Shown here one piece after another: positions 11,511-23,620 of a stretch of 64,000 bases of DNA. The translations under genes and the position numbers were made by a program. Below the pieces are notes generated by a model. That model saw nothing but the letters and a program-made list of their open reading frames with translations, searched no databases and was not told the DNA's origin. The DNA comes from Heptranchias perlo (Eukaryota), in contig NC_090332.1 of NCBI RefSeq assembly GCF_035084215.1, forward strand, positions 1,736,001-1,800,000, written 5' to 3'. The first letter of the stretch is position 1, and every line of letters begins with the position of its first letter.

Positions 11511-12869
11511 ACATGTTCCCTACTTTAACAGTTTCCATGTTTGTCGAAGCAGACCCCACCCTCTCTGAACTGAAACCTGTGCCCATTACTCTCAGGGAGC
11601 CCAGTTAACCACAATCACGCAGTTACTGGAGAACACATGGGATGCCTATTGCACCAGGAGGAGAGAAATGTCACGCTGGGCCATTTGTAGAGGCTTATGG
11701 ACATTTAAAAATCATTGACAAAAGCAAAAAAAAAAACACAAGAAAAACACTAAATAGAGCAATAGTTATAGAATCATTTGACAGCACAGAATGGGGCAAT
11801 TTCAAACATTGGGGTCGATCTTCATCCTCCCGCCCGGCGAAACTGGCAGTTAAAAACGAGCAGGTTACTGACCCGCTCAGAACGCGACAATTTCACGCCA
11901 TCTCCAACCTTAACCTGCAGGCGGATGAGGTGGCCGCCTAAAGCTGATGGGGGCCTCATGAATTTACACAAATTGCAGTCCTATTCCATCAATTTAACTG
12001 GGGTCTGAGCGGGGAAACCGCTGGGGCTTTCTCACCTGATTGACTACTGTCACTCGTGGGTTTCCCAATGTCGGACGTGTCTGGACAAGGACGAGGGTCT
12101 CGTGTGTGATGCCCGGCAGGTCAGGCTGCACAAGAGATGCTCTGTGCCCATCCCTGGGACCTGCATCTTCAGACAGAAACTGCCAACCATTCCTGCAAAC
12201 CCCTGGCACACCTATCAGGCAATGACCCAAGGGGGTCTACTCAGGATCTGGGTCAGCAGGGAGGGCAGCTCCAAAGTTGTACCATCTGCCACATGCAGCA
12301 TGGGCTGGCACATGTAGGGGCAGTAACGGTCCACTGGAGCCTGAATCATGGCAGCACCTCCTTGCAGACAAGCTGCTGATAGGTTGAAATGATTTCTGAG
12401 CCTCTCTATTTTTATCACCCAATGGTAAAACATGCCTTTAATTGTCCCCATCCCTTCAATTTTCCTCTGCGATCAATATTCTTCGACATAGATGTGTCGA
12501 GATTTAAACCTGAAGTTGTACTAATGAGCTGACAGAGAGATTCAGTCTAAGAAGCCCATTTCCAATGCAGCCCTCTAAAACATGAAAGGATTTGTAAAAG
12601 AGTTACATTTAAGATATTGTTTTTTTTAAAACAAAGTGTGTTTGCAGAAGGTTAAAGATGCACTGAGATGAAAGGTGGCTAATATGCTAATTGGGCTAGA
12701 TGTTAAAAATCATTTCCCCAAAGACTAAACAATAAGATATTTGTTAGCCTGTCTTAGTAATCAAGAAACACCTCACACCCGTGATGTGGGGAAGAATCTG
12801 GTCCCAGGTGCTCGGCAGGAGTTGACGGTCAGGCCTTCCCTTCTGGTTAGCTTTTTTTTGGGATTGTGT

Positions 12870-13300
12870 TCGCTGACTTACATTGGCTCCCGGTCCGGCA
12901 ACCCCTCGATTTTAAAATTCTCACCCTTGTTTTCAGATCCCTCCATGGCCCTCGTCCCTCCCTATCCCTGTAACCCCCTCCAGCCCTACAACCCTCTGAG
13001 ATCTCTGCGATCCTCCAATTCTGGCCTCTTGCGCATCCCCGATTTTCATCGCTCCACCATTGGCGGCCGTGCCTTCAGCTGCCTCGGCCCTAAGCTCTGG
13101 AATTCCCTCCATAAACCTCTCGGTCTCTCTACCTCTCTCCCCTCCTTTAAGACGCTCCCTAAAACCTACCGCTTTGACCAAACTGTCCTAATATCTCCTT
13201 ATGCGGCTCGGTGTCAAATTTTGTCTGATAATCACTCCTGTGAGGCACCTTGGGACATTTTACTACGTTAAAGGCGCTATATAAATGCAAGTTGTTGTTG
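12870..13300 (+). mobile_element. L2 LINE 3' fragment
   Basis: LRSSNSGLL..GGRAFS..PKLWNSL..FKT motif; tail aaggcgctatataaatgcaagt(tgt)n. Confidence 0.85.
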
Positions 13301-14020
13301 ACAACACTGGTGAGGCCACATCTATTTTATTGGAGTTAAATAAATGACACACAGCATTTTAAGACGTTTTATTAAGTTAAAATAATTAGAAAATGTTCTT
13401 TATGAGTTGCAGGCAAAGATTCACAACGGATCTGAACACTGCTGATTTTTTTTCAACATCAATACTTTGCATTTTAACACAAAAATACAAACAAGGGGGA
13501 AAGCATAATACAAACAGTTAAATGCACAATAAATTCCACACAGGTTGCTGCGCTGCTTCACGATAAGAGATATGTGAACGTCTCGCCCATTACAGTGGGT
13601 TGTGGTTTGGTCCACACTATCTACAGCACCTAGGCGTTGTGAAATATGATGCCCAATGCCAAAATTAGTTTCCGGCACTGTTTGTTTTTCCATTACAGGC
13701 AGGAAGTGCTCACCCCTTCCTCAGTCTTTGCAAATATCAACCAGTTATCCTTCATAAGCTGCATTTCGATGAAGAAGATCCCTCAACCCACTTAATCCCA
13801 TCCTTCCAGACCACCAGCCCTCATCTCTTCCCATCCAGCTGTTCCTTAAATGAGTCCAGTGGCCTGGAAAAACATTCCAGCTGTTGATTACCCTCTGTAT
13901 GAAAAATAGTTCCTTTTGTCTGTCCTAATGTTACCCTCTGCACTCTGACCCTGCTCCCTCTTTCCTGTTCTGGATTTACTTCTTCTGTCCTGTTAAGTAT
14001 CTTCCACACCTCGATAATAA

Positions 14021-14466
14021 AGAGAGACTTACATTTATACAACACTTTTCACAACTTCAGGGCACTCCAAAGTGCTTCACAGCCAATGAAGTACTTTTCT
14101 AATGTAGGAAATGTAGCAGCCAATTTGCGTACAGCAAGATCCCACAAACAGCAATGAGATAAATGACCAGATAATCTGTTTTAGCAATGTTGGTTGTGGG
14201 ATAAACATTGGCCCAGGACACCAGGGAGAACTCCCCTAATCTTCTTCAAGATAGTGCCTTGGAATCTTTTACATCCACCCAAGAGGGCAGACAGGGCCTC
14301 AGTTTAACATCTCATCTGAAAGACAGCACCCTACTGATAATGCAGTACTCCCTCAGATACTGCACTGGGCATGTCAGCCTGGATTATATACTCGTCTGAG
14401 CTTTAGAACCCATGACCTTCTAAAGCTCAGAGACGAGTGTGCTGCCCACTGAGTCACAGCTGACAC
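14021..14466 (-). mobile_element. Deu-domain tRNA-SINE (SacSINE1-like)
   Basis: Reverse complement aligns with 6981-7439 end to end. Confidence 0.8.
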
Positions 14467-15090
14467 TCTATCGTCAATGTCCCCTTTGAGAGAGCTCTTT
14501 TGGAAGACGATAAGCCCTTGTTTATCAAACCACTCCACAAAACTCTTCCCTCTTGACACAATGGTCCTGCCTTGCATCTCCCTTGGGCACAGTCTCCAGG
14601 GTTTGGATGAACACCCATGTTGTGTACACAGAAATCCAGAGATAACCTGACTTGGGCACTGTAGAGCTTCCCCATGACCTCGGGGGATTTGAAATATTTT
14701 AAATTTAAGTAATGTTTCTCCCAGGAACTTTAGGCCAATCCCTGATTGGTTCAAATCTGGTTCCAAATTATTTTTTAAAATTCAATCAGGACACTAAACT
14801 CCAGCCCATGAAACTGACCAGATATCACTATTATGCAAAAATCAGGTCAATTTATTCTCGACCTGGTAACTCAGAGGAACAGGGAGCTGATCACTGCCAA
14901 AACAAACAGTCTCATTGGCATTGCCTGACTGGTTAATCCTGAGACTGCCAGGTATTTTCTAAAATTGCAGTTCAGACCCCGTGAGACTGAGACCCCTCAC
15001 TATCCCGTGATAATGGGACTCTATGTTTGGCAGATTATTAGCACTGGTATAATTGGGGCTCATTGCAATATTTTTACCACATTTTATGAC

Positions 15091-15880
15091 TTTTTTTATT
15101 CGTTCACGGGATGTGGGCGTTGCTGGCGAGGCCGGCATTTATTGCCCATCCCTAATTGCCCTCGAGAAGGTGGTGGTGAGCCGCTTTCTTGAACCGCTGC
15201 AGTCCGTGTGGTGAAGGTTCTCCCACAGTGCTGTTAGGAAGGGAGTTCCAGGATTTTGACCCAGCGACAATGAAGGAACGGCCGATATATTTCTAAGTCG
15301 GGATGGTGTGTGACTTGGAGGGGAACGTGCAGGTGGTGTTGTTCCCATGTGCCTGCTGCTCTTGTCCTTCTAGGTGGTAGAGGTCACGGGTTTGGGAGGT
15401 GCTGTCGAAGAAGCCTTGGCGAGTTGCTGCAGTGCATCCTGTGGATGGTACACACTGCCGCCACAGTGCGCCGGTGGTGAAGGGAGTGAATGTTTAGGGT
15501 GGTGGATGGGGTGCCAATCAAGCGGGCTGCTTTGTCCTGGATGGTGTCGAGCTTCTTGAATGTTGTTGGAGCTGCACTCATCCAGGCAAGTGGAGAGTAT
15601 TCCATCACACTCCTGACTTGTGCCTTGTAGATGGTGGAAAGGCTTTGGGGAGTCAGGAGGTGAGTCACTCGCCGCAGAATACCCAGGCTCTGACCTGCTC
15701 TTGCAGCCACAGTATTTATATGGCTGGTGCAGTTAAGTTTCTGGTCAATGGTGACCCCCAGGATGTTGATGGTGGGGGATTCGGCGATGGTAATGCCATT
15801 GAATGTCAAGGGGAGGTGGTTAGACTCTCTCTTGTTGGAGATGGTCATTGCCTGGCACTTGTCTGGCATGAATGTTACTT
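15091..15880 (-). mobile_element. Family 1 CR1-group LINE, 5'-truncated
   Basis: poly(T) at 15091; ORF 15384-15869. Confidence 0.9.
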
Positions 15881-16114
15881 GACCTCCCTGCTTCTACCAA
15901 TCATTGACTACAAGTCATCTAGATGCTGTAGCCCATGCCTTCACCCTCACTAAGAGCCACACCTCACCAAACTCCAGTGACTCCAAGACTCTTGTCCTCA
16001 CGTTCAAACCCCACCATGGTTTCTCTGCTCCGTATCTCTGTGATCTCCTTGCAACCTCCTGTCCTCCTGACACCAGCCTACTTCTTGTTAGCTGTTCACT
16101 CTGCTCCACCATCC

Positions 16115-19100
16115 ATAGAACCATAGAAAAGATATAGCACAGAAGGGGGCCATTCAGCCCATCGTGTCCACGCCGGCTCGAAGAACAACCAGGTGCCCAT
16201 TCTAATCCCACCTTCCAGCACCCGGTCCATAGCCCTGCAGCTTACAGCACTTTAGGTGCAGGTCCAGGTACTTTTTAAAAGAGTTGAGGGTCCCTGCCTC
16301 TACCACCAATTCGGGCAGCGAATTCCATACACCCACCACCCTCTGGGTAAAAAAGTTTTCCTCATGTCCCCTCTAATCCTTCCACCAATCAGCTTAAATC
16401 TCTGTCCTCTAGTTCTTGAACTCTCCGCTAGGGGAAACAGGTACTTCCTGTCTACTCTATCTGGGTCCCTCATAATTTTGTACACCTCAATCAAGTCACC
16501 CCTCAGCCTCCTCTGCTCCAAGGAAAACAACCCCAGCCTATCCAATCTCTCCTCGTAGCTGCAATCTTCAATCCCTGGCAACATTCTTGTAAATCTTCTC
16601 TGCACTCTCTCCAGAGCAATTACGTCCTTCCTGTAATGTGGTGACCAGAACTGCGCACAATACTCCAGCTGTGGCCTTACCAGCGTTTTATACAGTTCCA
16701 TCATTACATCCCTGCTTTTGTATTCTGTACCTCGGCTAATAACGGAGAGCATTCCGTATGCCTTCTTCACAACCTTACCTACCTGTACTGCCACTTTCAG
16801 GGACTTGTGCACATGCACTCCAAGGTCTCTCACTTCCTCTACCCCTCTCAATATATTCCCGTTTACTGCATATTCCCTTTTACTGTTTGCCCTCCCTAAG
16901 TGCATTACCTCACACTTCTCCGGGTTGAACTCCATTTGCCACTTTTCCGCCCACTCCACCAACCCATTGATATCTTCTTGGAGTCTACAGCTATCCTCTT
17001 CACTATCAACTACACGGCCAATTTTTGTGTCGTCGGCAAATTTTCCAATCATGCCCCCTACATTCAAGTCCAAATCATTAATAAATACCACAAACAGCAA
17101 GGGACCCAACACTGAGCCCTGTGGCACACCACTGGAAACGGATTTCCATTCGCAAAGACATCCATCGACTTTTACCCTTTGTTTCCTGTTACTGAGCCAA
17201 TTTTGGATCCAATTCGCCACATTTCCCTGTATCCCATGGGCTTTTACCTTTCTGACCAGTCTGCCATGTGGGACCTTGTCAAATGCCTTACTAAAATCCA
17301 TGTAGACAACATCCACTGCACTACCCTCATCAATCCTCCTGGTCACTTCCTCAAAGAATTCAATCAGATTTGTAAGGCATGACCTTCCCTGAATAAATCC
17401 ATGCTGACTATCCCTGATTAAACCATGCCTTTCCAAGTGACAGTTTATCCTCTCTCTCAGTATTGATTCTAATAATTTGCCCACCACCGAGGTAAGACTG
17501 ACCGGCCTATAATTGTTCGGCCTTTCCCTCGTACCCTTTTTAAACAATGGTACTATGTTTGCAGTCTTCCAGTCCTCCGGTACCTCCCCTGTATCGAGTG
17601 AGGATTGGAAAATGATCCTCAGAGCATCCGCTATTTCCTCCCTGGCTTCCTTCAATAGCCTAGGAAACAATCCATCCGGCCCTGGTGACTTATCAACTTT
17701 CAACGATTCCAGTCCCTCTAGTACTTCCTCTCTCGTTATGTTTACTTTATCCAATATTTCACACCTCTGCTCTTGAACTACTACGTCCGGATCATCCCTT
17801 TCCTTTGTGAATACGGAGACAAAATATTCATTTAAAACCCTACCCACATCCTCTGCTTCTACACACAAGTTACCCTTATCATCCCTGATAGGTCCCACCT
17901 TTTCCTTAGCTATCCTCTTGTTCTTAATGTACTGATAAAACATCTTTGGGTTTTCTTTAATCTTACTGGCTAATATTTTTTCATGCCCTCTCTTTGCTTT
18001 CCTTATTTCCTTTTTTATGTCATCCCTGTACTTTCTATACTCCTCTAGGCTTTCTGAGTATTTAGTTTTCTGTGACAGTCATAAGCTTCCTTTTTCTGCT
18101 TTATCTTGCCCCGTATACTTCTGGACAACCAGGGGGCTCTAAATTTGGCAGTGCCACCCTTTTTCTTTGAGGGGACGTGTCTGCATTGTACCTGTAGAAT
18201 TTCACTTTTTAGTGCCTCCCACTGGCTTGCCACTGATTTCTCCTCAAGTAGTTGTGTCCAGTCCACTTCTGCCAAATCACCTCTTGGTTCTGTAAAATTT
18301 GCCTTCCCCCCAATTTAAAACGTTTACTCCTGATTTAACTCTGTCCTTTTCCATAATAATGCTAAAACTAACTGAATTGTGGTCACTATCCCCAATATGG
18401 TCACCCACTGTCACTTCACCCACTTGCCCATCTTCATTTCCCAGGACTAAATCTAGAATTGCCTCCCCTCTTGTTGGGCTTGTCACGTACTGGCGAAAAA
18501 AGTTCTCCTGGACACCGATCAAGAATGTTGCACCCTCTGTGCCCCTCACACTGTTTGAATCCCAGTTGATGTTCGGGTAGTTGAAGTCCCCTACTATTAT
18601 TGCCCTCTTATTTTTGCACTTAGAAATTTGCCTACATATTTGTTCTTCTATCTCCCTTTCACTATTCGGGGGTCTACAGTACACTCCCAGTAGTGTGACT
18701 GCCCCTTTTTTATTTCTTAGCTCAACCCATATGGCCTCGATTGATGATCCATTTAACATATCATCCCTTCTCACAACTGTAATTAATTCTTTAACCAATA
18801 ATGCTACCCCTCCTCATTTTTTATCACCCACTCTATATCCTGCCTGAAAACTCTATATCCAGGGACATTGAGCTGCCAATTATCCCTCTTTAAGCCAGGT
18901 TTCCGTTATAGCAATGATATCATGCTGCCATGTGTCTACCTGTGCCCTTAGCTCATCTGCTTTGTTTGTAATACTCCTTGCATTGAAGTATATACCCTTT
19001 AACCCCGTCAAATTCCTGTGCTGAACACGATTTAACCTTTGCTTCTTTTGCCTTTCTGAGTCGCTAACTACGTCACTAACTGCTTTTCTACTTCCCGTTT

Positions 19101-21807
19101 CCTGGTCTGAATTTGTCCTATCTGTACCTGCCCTTTGGTTCCCACCCCCCTGCCATACTAGTTTAAACCCTCCCCAACAGAACTAGCAAATGTCCCCGCG
19201 AGGATATTGGTCCTGGTTCTGCTTGGGTGCAACCCGTCCAGCTTGTACAGGTCCTGCCTTTCCCAGAATCGGTCCCAATGCCTCAGGAATTTAAACCCCT
19301 CCCTCCTACACCATCTCTCAATCCACGCATTCATCTGGTCTATTCTCCTATTTCTGCTCTCGCTAGCACGTGACACTGGGAGTAATCCTGAAATTACTGA
19401 CTTAGAGGTCCTGCTTTTTAATGTATTTCCTAACTCCCTATATTCTGCTTGCAGGACCTCATCCCTTTTCTTTTACCTATGTCGTTGGTACCAATATGAA
19501 CCAAAACCTCTGGCTGTTCACCCTCCCCCTTCAGAATGTCCTGCAGCCGCTCAGTTACATCCTTGACCCTTGCACCAGGGAGGCAACATACCATCCTGGA
19601 GTCATGTCTGCGGCCGCAGAAACACCTATCTGTTCCCCTTACGATGGAATCCCCTATCACTATTGCTCTCCCGTTCTTTTTCCTCCCCTCCTGTGCAGCT
19701 GAGTCACTCGTGGTGCCACGGTCTTGGCTCTTGCTGCTTTCCCCTGATAAGCCATCTCCCCCAACAATATCCAAAGCGGTATATCTGTTTGAGAGGGAGA
19801 TGGCCCCAGGGGACTCCTGCTCTACCTGCCTAGTCCTTTTACTCTGCCTGGCGGTCACCCATTTCCTTTCTGCCTGTGTAATCTTTACCTGCGGTGTGAC
19901 CACCTCATTGAACGTGCTATCCACAATAATCTCAGCATCGCGGATGCTCCACAGTGAATCCACCCGCAGCTCCAGCTCCAAAATGTGCTTGGTCAGTAGC
20001 TGCAGCTGGACACACTTCCTGCACACATGGTCACCAGGGAGACCGGTAGTGTCCATGACTTCCCACATAGTGCAGGAGGAGCATATCACGGATGCGAGCT
20101 CTGCTGCCATGACTTGCCTTAGATTAAGCTCGTTAGTTACTCCCTTTAAGGAGTTTATTCCTTTAAATTACTCTTAATTTAGAGAATGTAAACTACACTA
20201 GGGACCTTGATTCACTAAAAAATGCTACTTGCTATAACTAAATTAAGATTAGTTTTTTTAAAAAAATTTAGTTTTATTCTATCAGTTACTGAGCCCACAG
20301 TCCTAAGAAAGAAGAAAACAGAAGAGATACTCACCAGTTTTGTTTTGTTGTTGCTGTGACCCGCTCTCAGTACGCCCCTCTCCCCTCTCCGCGCGCCCCT
20401 CTCCCCTCTCGGTGCGCCCCTCTCCCCTCTCGGTGCGCCCCTCTCCCCTCTCCGCGCGCCCCTCTCCCCTCTCGGTGCGCCCCTCTCCCCTCTCGGTGCG
20501 CCCCTCTCCCCTCTCGGTACGCCCCTCTCCCCTCTCGGTGCGCCCCTCTCCCCTCTCGGTGCGCCCCTCTCCCCTCTCGGTGCGCCCCTCTCCCCTCTCG
20601 GTGCGCCCCTCTCCCCTCTCGGTGCGCCCCTCCCCCCTCTCGGTACGCCCCTCCCCCCTCTCGGTGCGCCCCTCCCCCCTCTCGGTACGCCCCTCTCCCC
20701 TCTCGGTACGCCCCTCTCCCCTCTCGGTGCGCCCCTCTCCCCTCTCGGTGCGCCCCTCTCCCCTCTCGGTGCGCCCCTCTCCCCTCTCGGTGCGCCCCTC
20801 TCCCCTCTCGGTGCGCCCCTCTCCCCTCTCGGTACGCCCCTCTCCCCTCTCGGTACGCCCCTCTCCCCTCGGTACGCCCCTCCCCCCTCTCGGTACGCCC
20901 CTCTCCCCTCTCGGTGCGCCCCTCTCCCCTCTCGGTACGCCCCTCTCCCCTCTCGTTGCGCTCCTCTCCCCTCTCGGTACGCCCCTCTCCCCTCTCGGTG
21001 CGCCCCTCTCCCCTCTCGGTGCGCCCCTCTCCCCTCTCGGTACGCCCCTCTCCCCTCGGTACGCCCCTCCCCCCTCTCGGTGCGCCCCTCCCCCCTCTCG
21101 GTACGCCCCTCCCCCCTCTCGGTACGCCCCTCTCCCCTCTCGGTGCGCCCCTCTCCGCTCTCGGTACGCCCCTCCCCCCTCTCGGTACGCCCCTCCCCCC
21201 TCTCGGTGCGCCCCTCCCCCCTCTCGGTGCGCCCCTCCCCCCTCTCGGTGCGCCCCTCTCCCCTCGGTACGCCCCTCCCCCCTCTCGGTACGCCCCTCCC
21301 CCCTCTCGGTGCGCCCCTCTCCCCTCTCGGTACGCCCCTCTCCCCTCTCGGTGCGCCCCTCTCCCCTCTCGGTACGCCCCTCCCCCCTCTCGGTGCGCCC
21401 CTCTCCCCTCTCGGTGCGCCCCTCTCCCCTCTCGGTACGCCCCTCCCCCCTCTCGGTACGCCCCTCCCCCCTCTCGGTGCGCCCCTCCCCCCTCTCGGTA
21501 CGCCCCTCCCCCCTCTCGGTACGCCCCTCTCCCCTCTCGGTGCGCCCCTCTCCCCTCTCGGTACGCCCCTCTCTGCTGTCTAAACAAATGCACCTCACCC
21601 CTTCCTGCACCGAATCCCCTCACTCACCAAATTCCCAATTACACACTCTGTCGAAACCAGACTCTGTCGATAGCTGCCACTCTGTGCTCCCTCACTCCGT
21701 GCGTTGGCAAAACCCTTCTGAATTTATGCTCGCTGGAATGCCAATTACCTGAGTCAGTCCCAGCTGACAGTAGATTACCAGTTCTAACCAGTCACCTAAT
21801 TAACTAG
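16115..21807 (-). mobile_element. Full-length but frameshifted CR1 LINE (ORF1 zinc-finger + SGNH esterase; ORF2 APE + RT) inserted into an old L2 fragment
   Basis: ORF1 pieces 19430-20110/19158-19376 (CxxC, GDSIVRG, GTND, DGLH); ORF2 pieces 18277-18798, 18045-18275, 16300-17943; L2 sequence resumes on both sides (gctccaccatc | gtgaccaactgccacttcag). Confidence 0.9.
20362..21574 (+). repeat. 21-bp GC-rich minisatellite (ctctcggtgcgcccctctccc), about 58 copies, within the CR1 5' UTR
   Basis: Direct reading; lies between ORF1 start and element 5' end. Confidence 0.95.
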
Positions 21808-22254
21808 GTGACCAACTGCCACTTCAGTAACATCGCTCCCGCTCTCTGGAACGCCCTTTCCCCAGGATCTCTGCCTTGTTACCTCCCTCATTGCTTCAAA
21901 AACCTCCTCCTGGACAATGGCCTTGCCCATTCTGACCTTGTTTGTCTTCCCTTTCTCCCACATGCACTCTCCCATACTTGCTATCTATCGCCACGGAGAG
22001 TGTTCTGAGCTGTCGCTCTCTGTACGTATCGAGCACTATAGATTATAAGATGTTGATGTATTACATGTTGAGCTGGGTGACAGCTTATATTGTGGTATGT
22101 TACAGTCTGTGGCCCATTTTAAATAAATAACATTTTATTTACATTAAAAAAAAGAAAAAAAGGAGACTTCAAGATCACTGAATGTGTCCTGATGTTTGAA
22201 CTCTTTACCACACTGAATAATCTGTCCACATCATCGTATCAATTCCCTTAATAT

Positions 22255-22415
22255 ATTCAAGGCTGAGAGCGATAGATTTTTGGACTCTGGGGGAATCAAG
22301 GGATATGGGGATCGGGCGGGAAAGTGGAGTTGAGGTCAAAGATCAGCCATGATCTTATTGAATGGCGGAGCAGGCTCGAGGGGCCGAATGGCCTACTCCT
22401 GCTCCTATTTCTTGT
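22255..22415 (+). mobile_element. Short CR1 3' end
   Basis: gggccgaatggcctactcctgctcctatttctt tail. Confidence 0.8.
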
Positions 22416-22587
22416 GGTCTTAAAGATCTTGAAAACTTCAGCTCGATCACCTCAAAGTCTCTTTTCCAACAAAACGAAACCCAACTGCTTCAACCTTTCC
22501 TCATAACTTTACTTCCTGGTACAATAGCTGGTGCCATCTTCGTTACTCTCAATAGTACCCTGCCTGCAAATATCTCACCAAAACAAA

Positions 22588-23172
22588 AGAAAGAATTTGC
22601 ATTTATATAGCGCCTTTCCTGACCTCAGCATGTCCCAAAGTGCTTTACAGCCACTGAAACACCTTTGAAGTCTAGTCACTGTTGTAATTTAGGAAACGTA
22701 GCAGCCAATTTGTACACAGCAAGATCCCACAAACAGCAATGAAATAAATAAGAACATAAGAAATGTTTCCCGCCCGATCCCCATATCCCTTGATTCCCCT
22801 AGAGTCCAAAAATCTATTGATCTCAGCCTTGAATATATTAAGGGAATTGATACGATGATGTGGACAGATTATTCAGTGTGGTAAAGAGTTCAAACACCAG
22901 AATGACCAGACAATCAGCTTCACTGATAATTATTGCTCAGGACACCAGGAGAGCCACCCCCCCTGCTCTTACTTCAAACAGTGTCATGGGCTCTTTTATA
23001 TCCACCTGAGAGAGCAGTTGGGGCATTGGTTTAATGTCTCATCTGAAAGATGGCACCTCCAACAATGCAGCATTCCAAGTGTAAATGATGTGTTTAAGTC
23101 TCTGGAGTGGGACTTGAACTTCTGATACTTTGACTCAGAGGCAAGACTGCTGCCCACTGAGCCACAGCTAAC
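22588..23172 (-). mobile_element. Deu-domain tRNA-SINE interrupted by an inserted inverted duplication
   Basis: Tail at 22588-22745, body/head at 22900-23172. Confidence 0.75.
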
Positions 23173-23620
23173 ACCCGCTAAAACAACACACAGTTCTCCG
23201 GAGGCAGTCTGACCAGCGCCTTATACAGCAACAATACAGCCAGTTCGAGCTTGTACCCAGTTCCTCAGCTAACGTTGCTGTTTATAACTACCTGACAGCA
23301 CAAGTCAATACACATCTGTAATGTGTGCCCAAGAGGGTACACCAGATGTGCAAACTGGGCTGTCCCAGTTTCCTCTGAGACCAGACTGCCTAACTGCGAT
23401 GCACGTATGGGGTGTATGTAACTGCAGATGGGGGCGGGGGGTATCAGAGAAAACTAGTGAGCCAAGTAAGGGAGATTCAGCACTCCCACACTCTCAGCAG
23501 AAAGCCAAGCTTCGAGGTAGAATACAGCCTTGTCTCTGACGTAAGCTCCCAGCTGGAAGCTGTGAATTTACCTTAGGCTGTGCAGCAAATTCAGGTACGT
23601 TCGACACTGTTAGACACAAG

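Noticed and set aside
11790-12370. GC-richer segment with many short ORFs
   Set aside because: Probably decayed transposon sequence, but no motif I could identify with confidence
20303-21807. 400-480 aa ORFs in several frames
   Set aside because: Artefact of a stop-free 21-bp tandem repeat
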